From assembly GCA_964408305.1 (NCBI GenBank), contig CAYOYW010000001.1, positions 11,410 through 62,280 of the forward strand: DNA of 50,871 bases, given 5' to 3'. The notes under the pieces were generated by a model. It was not told where the DNA came from. It did not search any database and saw nothing but the letters and a program-made list of their open reading frames with translations. Position 1 is the stretch's first letter; each line of letters begins with the position of its first letter. A program made the position numbers and the translations under genes. Positions 19,445 through 26,999 of this stretch are shown piece after piece. Source of the stretch: an uncultured Candidatus Saccharibacteria bacterium (GTDB lineage: Bacteria > Patescibacteriota > Minisyncoccia > Phycocordibacterales > UBA9973).

Positions 19445-21286
19445 ATGAAGACATTTAAAAAAATATTCTGTCTTTTTTACCTCTTTCTTTTCACGCTCTC
19501 TTCTATTCCAAAAGAGTCTCTTGCTCAACAAATATATCCTTATGCCTTTGACGCAAAAGCACAGGGGACACAAATAACTGTCACACTCTCTGGTGTTCCA
19601 GCTGCAGATAGGGGGAAAGCAAATATATTCATAGAGCCCCTAAACACATTTCCTATAGGCCTTGTCTGCCCAATAGGGAGCTCTGATATTAAATGCGCAG
19701 CCTCTGTCCAACCAACAAAAACGATATCACAGAACGGCACTATTACTTGGACTCGTTCTGCCTCTGTCTCTGGGGGATCTATTTACTATATTCGAGCAGA
19801 GATAGATTTTGGTGGCACAAAAGCGCCTTATATTTCAGCAGTAAAATGGGTTGTAACTGGTGCTGAAACAGTTGATGCCCAGTGGCCACTTACCTATGGT
19901 AAGGAATGTAACCCATCAACAATTATTGGGAAGCTAAACAACACCAACAAAGCAGATTTCACTATTACAATTCAGTACGCAGGAACAGCAATGCCTGCTG
20001 ATGAGTCAACTCCAGCGGGCGCTTCCGGCCCTATACAGTCAGTAAATGGTATCAACGAAGATGGCACCTATAGCTTTATCCTGCAGAACCTTGAGAAAAA
20101 TACACAATATTTTGTAAAACAAATTATCAGATCAAAAAATGGTGCACTTGATATAAAGACTGATAAATTTAAAACCTGTCAGGGATATATACCAGCAGGC
20201 TCAAACGATGAAGCAAACGATTTCAATAAAAGAAGCTATCGACTCCTTGCACCAATATCTGAAAAACTCCAAATCGTGCTCGATCAGGATCTTTGCCAAG
20301 AGTATGTAAATGAAGGAAAGCTTCAGCCGGGATCTTGTGATAACCAAATTAGCGACTTCCTTAATATTATCCTCCAAATACTTATCGGGCTTGCAGTTGT
20401 CATGCTTGTCGTACAAATAATTCTGAAGGGGTATGAGTACATGGTAACTGACACTCCTTTTAAAAAGACAGCTGCAAAAAGTAGAATTATGGAAGCTGCT
20501 GCTGGGCTTCTCCTTGCACTCTCTGCATATGTTATTTTGAACACAATAAACCCAAGACTAGTATCTCCTGATGTAAATATTCAAAAGCTGGACATTGGAG
20601 TGGAAGACCTTAATATCTCGGGAGCTGCAACATTTGATGGAAAACCTATAAAGGTTGATTTGAAAAAAGAGGCTTACCCAGCAGCAAAAATAGCATCCCA
20701 AAAAACCGGGGTTGATATAGCTTTTATTTTGGCAATGTTCCAGCAAGAATCAGGGAGTGGTAGTAATAGTGGTAAATGTCTTTCGACTCAATCAAATATG
20801 AGGGTTGCTGACTATCAGTATTTAAACAATGAACTAATTCCTTTAATAAACAGTGAGTACCCAAACAAAACTAAACTTGTAAAGGATTCTGTAAATGTAT
20901 CATGTACAAGCAAAACAAGCACTGGTGGTGCTGGAGATGGTGGGGCTATAGGTTATACGCAGTTTATGCCAACAACATGGAAGGAGTATCGAGAGAGCGC
21001 CAAATCATTACTTGGCCATGAGCCATATCCATGGGACACAGGAGATGCTCTAATGATGACAGCGCTATTTTTAAAGAATAAGGGTGGTGCTATAAATAAT
21101 GAAGCATCTCAAGAACAAGCTGCTTGTAAATACTTTGGAACCTGCACTAGATCAAATGGTAAACCGTGGCTCATTTCTTGTAGTGGTGAACAAAAAACTT
21201 ATGGGCAATGTGTTATAGGAAAAAAGAAGTACTATCAACAAGTAATAGATGATGCTATCAAAAAAGGCGAGGCCTGGGTTAAATAG
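19445..21286 (+). CDS. secreted protein fusing a VirB2/TrbC-like pilin hairpin with a C-terminal lytic transglycosylase-like domain
   Basis: Signal peptide followed by a ~270-aa beta-rich domain. YRLLAPI...ISDFLNIILQILIGLAVVMLVVQIILKGYEYMVTDTPFKKTAAKSRIMEAAAGLLLALSAYVILNTINPRLV (~20348-20562) reads as two hydrophobic helices joined by a basic loop. The C-terminus carries AFILAMFQQESGSG (catalytic Glu context) and GYTQFMPTTWKEY (MltB/SLT-type motif). Confidence 0.7.
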   Translation: MKTFKKIFCLFYLFLFTLSSIPKESLAQQIYPYAFDAKAQGTQITVTLSGVPAADRGKANIFIEPLNTFPIGLVCPIGSSDIKCAASVQPTKTISQNGTITWTRSASVSGGSIYYIRAEIDFGGTKAPYISAVKWVVTGAETVDAQWPLTYGKECNPSTIIGKLNNTNKADFTITIQYAGTAMPADESTPAGASGPIQSVNGINEDGTYSFILQNLEKNTQYFVKQIIRSKNGALDIKTDKFKTCQGYIPAGSNDEANDFNKRSYRLLAPISEKLQIVLDQDLCQEYVNEGKLQPGSCDNQISDFLNIILQILIGLAVVMLVVQIILKGYEYMVTDTPFKKTAAKSRIMEAAAGLLLALSAYVILNTINPRLVSPDVNIQKLDIGVEDLNISGAATFDGKPIKVDLKKEAYPAAKIASQKTGVDIAFILAMFQQESGSGSNSGKCLSTQSNMRVADYQYLNNELIPLINSEYPNKTKLVKDSVNVSCTSKTSTGGAGDGGAIGYTQFMPTTWKEYRESAKSLLGHEPYPWDTGDALMMTALFLKNKGGAINNEASQEQAACKYFGTCTRSNGKPWLISCSGEQKTYGQCVIGKKKYYQQVIDDAIKKGEAWVK

Positions 21287-21308
21287 CTTTATATAGTACA
21301 ATTATCTT

Positions 21309-22559
21309 ATGCGTAAGGGAATTCTAATTTTAATACTAATACTATTTGTTGTAGTGGTTGGTTGGTCTTTTTACAAAAAATCAAAATCTACCACTGGGGC
21401 AGACCAAACGAGTGGCTTCAAGTCATTTTTTCCATTTGGAAACAGTAATAGTGCCACAGAACCAGACGGAACACTATCTCAAAACGAGCCAAGAACAATA
21501 AATACTGACGGGTCAACCACTAATTCTCCATTCAAAAAAATTACCTCTCACAGCGTTTCTGGTTTTACTTTCTTCCTCTCAAAAACAACCCTTACGACAC
21601 CTACACAAAATACAAAAGAGAAAAGTAAGGTAGAAACGGTTATTGATAAAAATATCCGCTATGTCTCAAGAACGAGTGGCTATGTATACGAAATAAAAAA
21701 TGGAGGTACCCCAATACAGGTAAGTAATATCTATATCCCAAATATTTATGAAGCGCTCTTTAGTCCAAATGGAGGAAGTGTAATACTCCGCTTTTTGAGA
21801 GACGACCAGAGGACAATTGCAAGCTATGTTGTGCCTGTACCGGACAAAAACCCAGATGGAACAAGAACACAAAAAGATGGTATATATCTCCCTGATAGTA
21901 CACTCGCACTTGATATAGCTCCGGATAGTACAAGCATCGCTCGAGTAGTTCCTGATGGGGAGCTTACAACTCTTTCAAGCACAACACTTGCAAATACGGG
22001 GAGAAAAGAGCTTTACCGGGGGCCGTTTCGCGAATGGCTCGTTTCTTGGCCAACTCAAAAGAGTGTTTTTCTACAGACAAAAGCAAGTGGAACAACAGTC
22101 GGTTTTTTATATGAAGTAGATTCTGTAAACAAGAGGCTCTCTCGTATCCTTGGAGATGTGCAAGGGCTTACCACCTCTGTGAGTCCTGATGGGGCATATA
22201 TTCTTTATTCAGAGAGCAACAAAGACTCTTTTACTACAAAACTTCTTTCCACAAAAACCGGTTCAGTAAAAACACTCGGCCTTTCTGTACTTCCTGAAAA
22301 ATGTGTCTGGACAAAAAGTAACGATCTTATTTGTGCAGGAGGAAATACACCTCCAGGTACTTACCCTGACGACTGGTATGCTGGTATTATCTCCTTCTCT
22401 GATAGGATATTTCGCATTTACTCTGGAGCTGGAGCATTCGATGTCCTCTATAGTGGGGATGAAGAGTTTGATATGACAAACCTACGACTCGATGAAGAAA
22501 CAAGTACGCTGTACTTTATCAACAAGAAAGATGCCTCTCTCTGGCAGTTTATTTTTTAG
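21309..22559 (+). CDS. membrane-anchored putative beta-propeller (PD40/TolB-like) protein
   Basis: N-terminal TM helix (GILILILILFVVVVGWSFY). Repeated SPDG/SPNG-type strands (FSPNGGSVILRF, VSPDGAYILYSE). The 3' end overlaps convergent yidC by 11 nt. Confidence 0.55.
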   Translation: MRKGILILILILFVVVVGWSFYKKSKSTTGADQTSGFKSFFPFGNSNSATEPDGTLSQNEPRTINTDGSTTNSPFKKITSHSVSGFTFFLSKTTLTTPTQNTKEKSKVETVIDKNIRYVSRTSGYVYEIKNGGTPIQVSNIYIPNIYEALFSPNGGSVILRFLRDDQRTIASYVVPVPDKNPDGTRTQKDGIYLPDSTLALDIAPDSTSIARVVPDGELTTLSSTTLANTGRKELYRGPFREWLVSWPTQKSVFLQTKASGTTVGFLYEVDSVNKRLSRILGDVQGLTTSVSPDGAYILYSESNKDSFTTKLLSTKTGSVKTLGLSVLPEKCVWTKSNDLICAGGNTPPGTYPDDWYAGIISFSDRIFRIYSGAGAFDVLYSGDEEFDMTNLRLDEETSTLYFINKKDASLWQFIF

Positions 22560-23253
22560 CAAGACCGAGCTTTTTTCTAAAGTAGAGCTCTTGAAGAATT
22601 GAAAAGATGTTTGTAATAACCCAATAAAGCGCAACCGCTGCAGCAAGTTTTGCTGAGATAAAGATAATGATAAGTGGGAGTACATACTTAGTCTGCATAG
22701 AAAGGCTTTTTGTAAATTGCCCTTGGAAACTACTATCTGATGAAGTTGATGGTTTTGGAGCAAGAAATGCTTGTAGCGCCTGTGTAATACCGGCAAGAAT
22801 AGCAAGCGGGAGGAACGGTTTTGTAATATCTATAAGGCCGAGGAGTGAGTTCTTGAGGTGGTCTGTGTTAAGAAACCCATAGAGGTGTTCTGGTTGGCTG
22901 ATGCCTTTAATAAATGAAAAATAGAGAGCAAAGAGAATGGGGAGTTGTATAAGGAGATAGAGGCAGCCAGAGAAGGGGTTAATTCCCTCTGTCTTATAGA
23001 GTGCAAATTGTTGCCTTGACTCTTCTTCTTTCGAAAGCCCTTGTGCTTTTATTGCATCAAGCTTTGGCTGGAGTTCTCGCATTTTATATTGACTAACAAT
23101 ACTCTTTTTACTAAGTGGGAGGAGGAGAAATCGTATAATAACAGTAAGAAGAATGACGGCGAGTCCTACATCTTTAAGTGTTAAATAGTTTGCAATAAAA
23201 ACAAGAAGGTTATAAACGGGTTCGTAAATAAATGTATTCCAAAGTGTGTGCAT
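22549..23253 (-). CDS. yidC: membrane protein insertase YidC (short form)
   Basis: IYEPVYNLLVFI..., LLPLSKKSIVSQYKMRELQPKLDAIK, and 5 TM helices. Conserved synteny with yidD-rnpA-rpmH. Confidence 0.9.
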   Translation of the reverse strand: MHTLWNTFIYEPVYNLLVFIANYLTLKDVGLAVILLTVIIRFLLLPLSKKSIVSQYKMRELQPKLDAIKAQGLSKEEESRQQFALYKTEGINPFSGCLYLLIQLPILFALYFSFIKGISQPEHLYGFLNTDHLKNSLLGLIDITKPFLPLAILAGITQALQAFLAPKPSTSSDSSFQGQFTKSLSMQTKYVLPLIIIFISAKLAAAVALYWVITNIFSILQELYFRKKLGLAKK

Positions 23254-23288
23254 GGGTTTTATTGTACCTATAAGAGTAAAAATAGCAA

Positions 23289-23546
23289 TTAGGGAAGATC
23301 AACGCTTGGTGTAGTACCACTATGACAACGACTTACTCTATAAACAACCTTTTTAAAGGCAGAGAAAAAAGAATATTTTTGAAAACAGGTAGCGGCGTAC
23401 TCAGAACATGTTGGATAAAAGACACAGCTTGGTTTTGGATAAAAGGGAAGTAGACGAAGAATACCAAGTGACGGTGAAAAGACTTTTTGGTAAATCTTAA
23501 TAAAAAAGAGAAATAAGTTATTAGGTAATTTTTTTAAAAAGTTCAT
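23289..23546 (-). CDS. yidD: membrane protein insertion efficiency factor YidD
   Basis: IKIYQKVFSP...CVFYPTCSEYA...RVSRCHSG, the YidD signature. Overlaps the rnpA 3' end by 26 nt. Confidence 0.8.
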   Translation of the reverse strand: MNFLKKLPNNLFLFFIKIYQKVFSPSLGILRLLPFYPKPSCVFYPTCSEYAATCFQKYSFFSAFKKVVYRVSRCHSGTTPSVDLP

Positions 23547-23844
23547 TGCATTTTGCTTTTAGCTCTACAAAACTGAGCTCTTTTACCGCCCTTGAAGCAT
23601 ATAAGATAAAAGAGTGTTCTTCTTTGTCGATATAGTCCTTAAAGATATTATAGAGTCTTCTCTTGAGAAGATTTCTTTTAACTGCACTTTTTTCCACCTT
23701 TTTTGAAATAACAATAGATGCTTTTTGTGATGTGGTTTTTCTATATTTTAGTGTGCCAATCTCGCTAAAAACCCTCTTAAGGGTGGGATCTTTTGAAAAA
23801 CTAGCAAACGCTACCCGGGAAAATCGCTTCCTTGACGGTAACAT
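23521..23844 (-). CDS. rnpA: ribonuclease P protein component
   Basis: 107 aa, basic. Contains ISKKVEKSAVKRNLLKRRL (RNR-like motif). Sits immediately downstream of rpmH. Confidence 0.85.
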   Translation of the reverse strand: MLPSRKRFSRVAFASFSKDPTLKRVFSEIGTLKYRKTTSQKASIVISKKVEKSAVKRNLLKRRLYNIFKDYIDKEEHSFILYASRAVKELSFVELKAKCNELFKKIT

Positions 23845-23856
23845 AAGGTGTTGTAT

Positions 23857-23991
23857 TTAAACCGTTAGTTTTGCTCGTCCTTTTCGTCGGCGAGCAGTAA
23901 TAACCTTTCGGCCTTTTGCTGAGGCGCTTCTAACGAGAAAACCGTGCGCCTTCGCTCTTTTTCTCTTTTTTGGTTGGTATGTTTGAGACAT
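23857..23991 (-). CDS. rpmH: 50S ribosomal protein L34
   Basis: Below the track's length cut-off and in a different frame from track ORF 23865..24059. The reverse strand reads [44 protein letters not shown], a textbook L34, ending in TAA at 23857-23859. Confidence 0.9.
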   Translation of the reverse strand: MSQTYQPKKRKRAKAHGFLVRSASAKGRKVITARRRKGRAKLTV

Positions 23992-24119
23992 ATAGTGAGA
24001 GCATTATACACAAAAAAAGCTGCTTTATCAAGCCTTACAGAGACTGCTATAATCAACACTATTCACAGGTTATCAACACTTTTGTTTTAGAACCCGTGCA
24101 TCGTATTATTAACCTATTC

Positions 24120-25466
24120 ATGGATATGGACACTAAACAACTCTGGAGTGATTGTCTCGAAGAAATAAAAAAAGAGGTAAGTGCTGGACATTTTAACACC
24201 TGGTTTAAAAACACCTCTTTAGTGAAAGAAGAGGATGGTATTGTTTTTATTGGTGTACCAAATGACTTTATAAAAGAGTGGATGGTAACAAAGTACCAGA
24301 AGTTAATTTTAAAAAGCCTTGTTTCTTTTATCGATACAATTCGTGGTGTCGAGTTCATTATTTCTCGAGTTGTAAAGGAAGAAGAAAAGAGAGAGTTACG
24401 AAGCGATCTTATAAAGAACGAACTTCCAATGCAAGATCTTTATGTAAATAGGGACGACAATCTTAACCCTCGATACACTTTTGATAAGTTTATTGTTGGT
24501 TCTTTTAATGAGCTTGCCTATGCTGCTGCACAGGCTGTTGTAAAACGACCCGGGCAAGCATATAACCCTCTTTTTATTTATGGAGCAAGCGGACTTGGTA
24601 AAACACACCTTATTCAAGCAATAGGGAATGAGATAAAAAAGCTTTATCCTGAAAAGAAGGTGCTTTATACAACACTGGAACGATTTATGAACGAATATGT
24701 TTCTTCTGTGCAGAACAGTCGATCAGTACCTTTTCGTGAAAAATATAGAAAATTTGATGTTCTTATTATTGATGATATTCAGTTTATTTCAGGTAAGGAT
24801 GGTACCCAAAACGAACTCTTTCACCTCTTTAATACACTCTACGAACAAGGAAAAAATATTATTTTTTCTTCTGACAAACACCCAAATCATATTATTGGTC
24901 TTGAAGATCGGTTAAAAACCAGGTTTAACGCTGGGATGACAATAGATATACAAGAACCGGATTTAGAGTCTCGTATGGCGATTATCAAAGAGAAAACATC
25001 TCTCCAACAAATAGATCTTGATGCTGAGGTGCTTGCTTTTATTGCTTCTTCAGTCACAGGGAGTATTCGAGAGATAGAAGGCATTATTAATATAATTTCT
25101 ATGCACGCCGAACTGAAACAAAAACCAATTTCTCTTCTTGAAGTAAAACAATTAGTAAAAAATAATATAAAGCCAAGAAAAAATATCTCTATTGAAAGTG
25201 TTGTTAAACAGATATCTGATTATTATAACCTTGATGAGCGAATTATTTATGAAAAAACAAGAAGGAAAGAGATTGTAAAAGCACGCCAGATGATTATGTT
25301 TATTCTGAGAGAAGACTTTAATGAATCATACCCTTCAATAGGATCAAAACTTGGTGGAAAAGACCATACAACAGTTATTCATTCTTATGAAAAAATAAAA
25401 AATGAACTCGAAGAAAACCCACTGCTTATGAAAGAACTTGAAGATATTCGTATTTTGTTTAAATAG
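24120..25466 (+). CDS. dnaA: chromosomal replication initiator DnaA
   Basis: Track ORF trimmed to MDMDTKQLWSDCLEEIKKEV... (ATG 24120; TATTAT 10 nt upstream). Walker A GASGLGKTHL, Walker B VLIIDDIQF, and the C-terminal DNA-binding motif GGKDHTTVIHS. Confidence 0.93.
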   Translation: MDMDTKQLWSDCLEEIKKEVSAGHFNTWFKNTSLVKEEDGIVFIGVPNDFIKEWMVTKYQKLILKSLVSFIDTIRGVEFIISRVVKEEEKRELRSDLIKNELPMQDLYVNRDDNLNPRYTFDKFIVGSFNELAYAAAQAVVKRPGQAYNPLFIYGASGLGKTHLIQAIGNEIKKLYPEKKVLYTTLERFMNEYVSSVQNSRSVPFREKYRKFDVLIIDDIQFISGKDGTQNELFHLFNTLYEQGKNIIFSSDKHPNHIIGLEDRLKTRFNAGMTIDIQEPDLESRMAIIKEKTSLQQIDLDAEVLAFIASSVTGSIREIEGIINIISMHAELKQKPISLLEVKQLVKNNIKPRKNISIESVVKQISDYYNLDERIIYEKTRRKEIVKARQMIMFILREDFNESYPSIGSKLGGKDHTTVIHSYEKIKNELEENPLLMKELEDIRILFK

Positions 25467-25652
25467 TGTGGATGACCTGTGGATGAGATATGAAAAAAAT
25501 GAAATAAAAAACATACAATGAAAATACTTTTTAAAAAAAATAAAATAATTCACAGCTTCATTATTAAAAATAATTTTGATAGTTAAGGTTTTTTAGAACA
25601 TTTTCCACAATTCACACCTCTTTATAGATATTGTTAAAAACTTTTTTAAAAT
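25467..25652. promoter_or_regulatory. candidate oriC: DnaA-box cluster plus AT-rich unwinding region
   Basis: TGTGGATGA occurs twice, 2 nt apart (25467-25475 and 25478-25486; the complement TCATCCACA is one mismatch from TTATCCACA). TTTTCCACA is at 25601-25609. The ~110 nt between them are extremely AT-rich (aaaaaaaataaaataatt...). It occupies the classical dnaA-dnaN intergenic position. Confidence 0.65.
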
Positions 25653-26750
25653 ATGAAATTACAATGTAAAACAGAACAACTAAAAAACGCTGTCGGAATT
25701 GCCGACAAAATGACAGGGAAAAATTTAACACTCCCAACACTTCATGCAATCCTTCTTGTTGCATCAGGAAAAAGTCTTAAGATTCGTTCAACAAATCTTG
25801 CAGTAGGTATAGAAATAGAAGTACCAGCTGTGATAGAAGAAGAGGGGATAATTCTTATAAAGGGAGATATTTTATCAAATGTTATTTCTAATATAGGTTC
25901 TAAAAACGATGTCACCCTTTTTCTTCAAGGAGAAAACCTTCTTGTAAAGAGTGAGGGTGTAAAATCTCTTATAAAATGTCTCCCACAAGATGAATTCCCA
26001 ACACTTCCAATTGTTGAGGGAGAGACTTTTGAAATAAAAAGCAGTCTTTTACAAGAAGGTATACGAGGGGTTTATTTTTCAGCGGCCACAACAGAAATTA
26101 AACCAGAGATTGCAAGTATTTTTCTTTATACAGAAAACGAAAACCTTTGTTTTGTTGCGACAGACTCTTTTAGATTGTCAGAGAAAAAAATAAAAGTAAA
26201 ACACATACCAGAGATATCAAAAATACTTATTCCTTATAAAAGTGTTTCAGATATACTACGAGTCCTTGAGCTTTATAGTGATGAGGTAAAGGTTACTTTT
26301 ACAAGAAATCAACTCTCTCTTTCAGGGAAAGGGATCTATTTTACAACACGGCTTATTGATGGAGCATTTCCTGACTACAGAATTATTATTCCAAAAGAGG
26401 AAAAAACAAAAGTTGTCCTTATGAAGCAAGAACTTCTAAATACACTCAGACTCTCAACTGTTTTTGCTGATAAATTCTTTCAAATAATATTTTCTGTTAA
26501 TCCAGATACAAAAAAGGTTACTGTACATTCAAACAACACCGATATCGGATCATCAGAATCTCTCATTGATGCGGTTATTACTGGTGAGGGAATAGAAGTT
26601 TCATTCAATCTGAAATATTTTCTTGATGTATTTCAAACGATCTCTGGAGACAGTATTTCTATTTCGTTTACAGAGCCAAACAAACCAATTGTTATAAAAG
26701 GTGTTCACGATCACTCTTTCCTTTATCTCCTTATGCCAACGAACAGGTAA
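25653..26750 (+). CDS. dnaN: DNA polymerase III beta sliding clamp
   Basis: 365 aa. Position after dnaA, a three-domain length, and motifs such as ATDSFRLSEKK and RLIDGAFPDYRIIIP. Confidence 0.92.
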   Translation: MKLQCKTEQLKNAVGIADKMTGKNLTLPTLHAILLVASGKSLKIRSTNLAVGIEIEVPAVIEEEGIILIKGDILSNVISNIGSKNDVTLFLQGENLLVKSEGVKSLIKCLPQDEFPTLPIVEGETFEIKSSLLQEGIRGVYFSAATTEIKPEIASIFLYTENENLCFVATDSFRLSEKKIKVKHIPEISKILIPYKSVSDILRVLELYSDEVKVTFTRNQLSLSGKGIYFTTRLIDGAFPDYRIIIPKEEKTKVVLMKQELLNTLRLSTVFADKFFQIIFSVNPDTKKVTVHSNNTDIGSSESLIDAVITGEGIEVSFNLKYFLDVFQTISGDSISISFTEPNKPIVIKGVHDHSFLYLLMPTNR

Positions 26751-26753
26751 GGT

Positions 26754-26999
26754 ATGTCTCTTTTTAATAAAGTCTTACAAGAAATAACAAATAAACTCTT
26801 CGAGGGAGAAGAAAAAAGACAAACTATAATAAATGAAATAAAAAAAGAGACAGGAATACCACTTTCTCCAGGAGAGATAAAAACTTCAAAGAAAGGTTTG
26901 TTTTTTTCTGTTTCTCCAACAAAAAAAGCTGCTTTACTAATGAAAAAAGAATCTATAGAAGAAATTTTTAAAAGAAATAAAACTATTATTAATTGGTAA
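26754..26999 (+). CDS. small hypothetical protein downstream of dnaN
   Basis: 81 aa, basic, starting 3 nt after dnaN. It weakly resembles DUF721/DciA-type proteins (KKGLFFSVSPTKKAALLMKKESIEEIF). That is only an impression. Confidence 0.45.
   Translation: MSLFNKVLQEITNKLFEGEEKRQTIINEIKKETGIPLSPGEIKTSKKGLFFSVSPTKKAALLMKKESIEEIFKRNKTIINW

Larger units (their letters stand above)
7106..22559 (+). other. T4SS-derived envelope gene cluster (12 co-directional genes; left boundary uncertain)
   Basis: All genes are on the + strand with intergenic gaps of 2-41 nt. It contains VirB4-, VirB3/PrgI- and VirB6/TrbL-like genes, a pilin-hairpin/lytic transglycosylase gene, and secreted orphans. See the individual CDS entries. 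Confidence 0.6.

Noticed and set aside
7106-22559. Interpreting the secretion cluster as an integrated conjugative element, plasmid remnant or prophage
   Set aside because: No integrase, relaxase, coupling protein, replication or partition gene, capsid or terminase gene, flanking tRNA, or direct repeat is present. Composition and promoter style match the neighbouring core genes.
23865-24059. Track ORF (64 aa, reverse strand) upstream of rnpA
   Set aside because: Its product has no family resemblance. A different reverse frame (23857-23991) encodes a textbook ribosomal protein L34, which explains the region.
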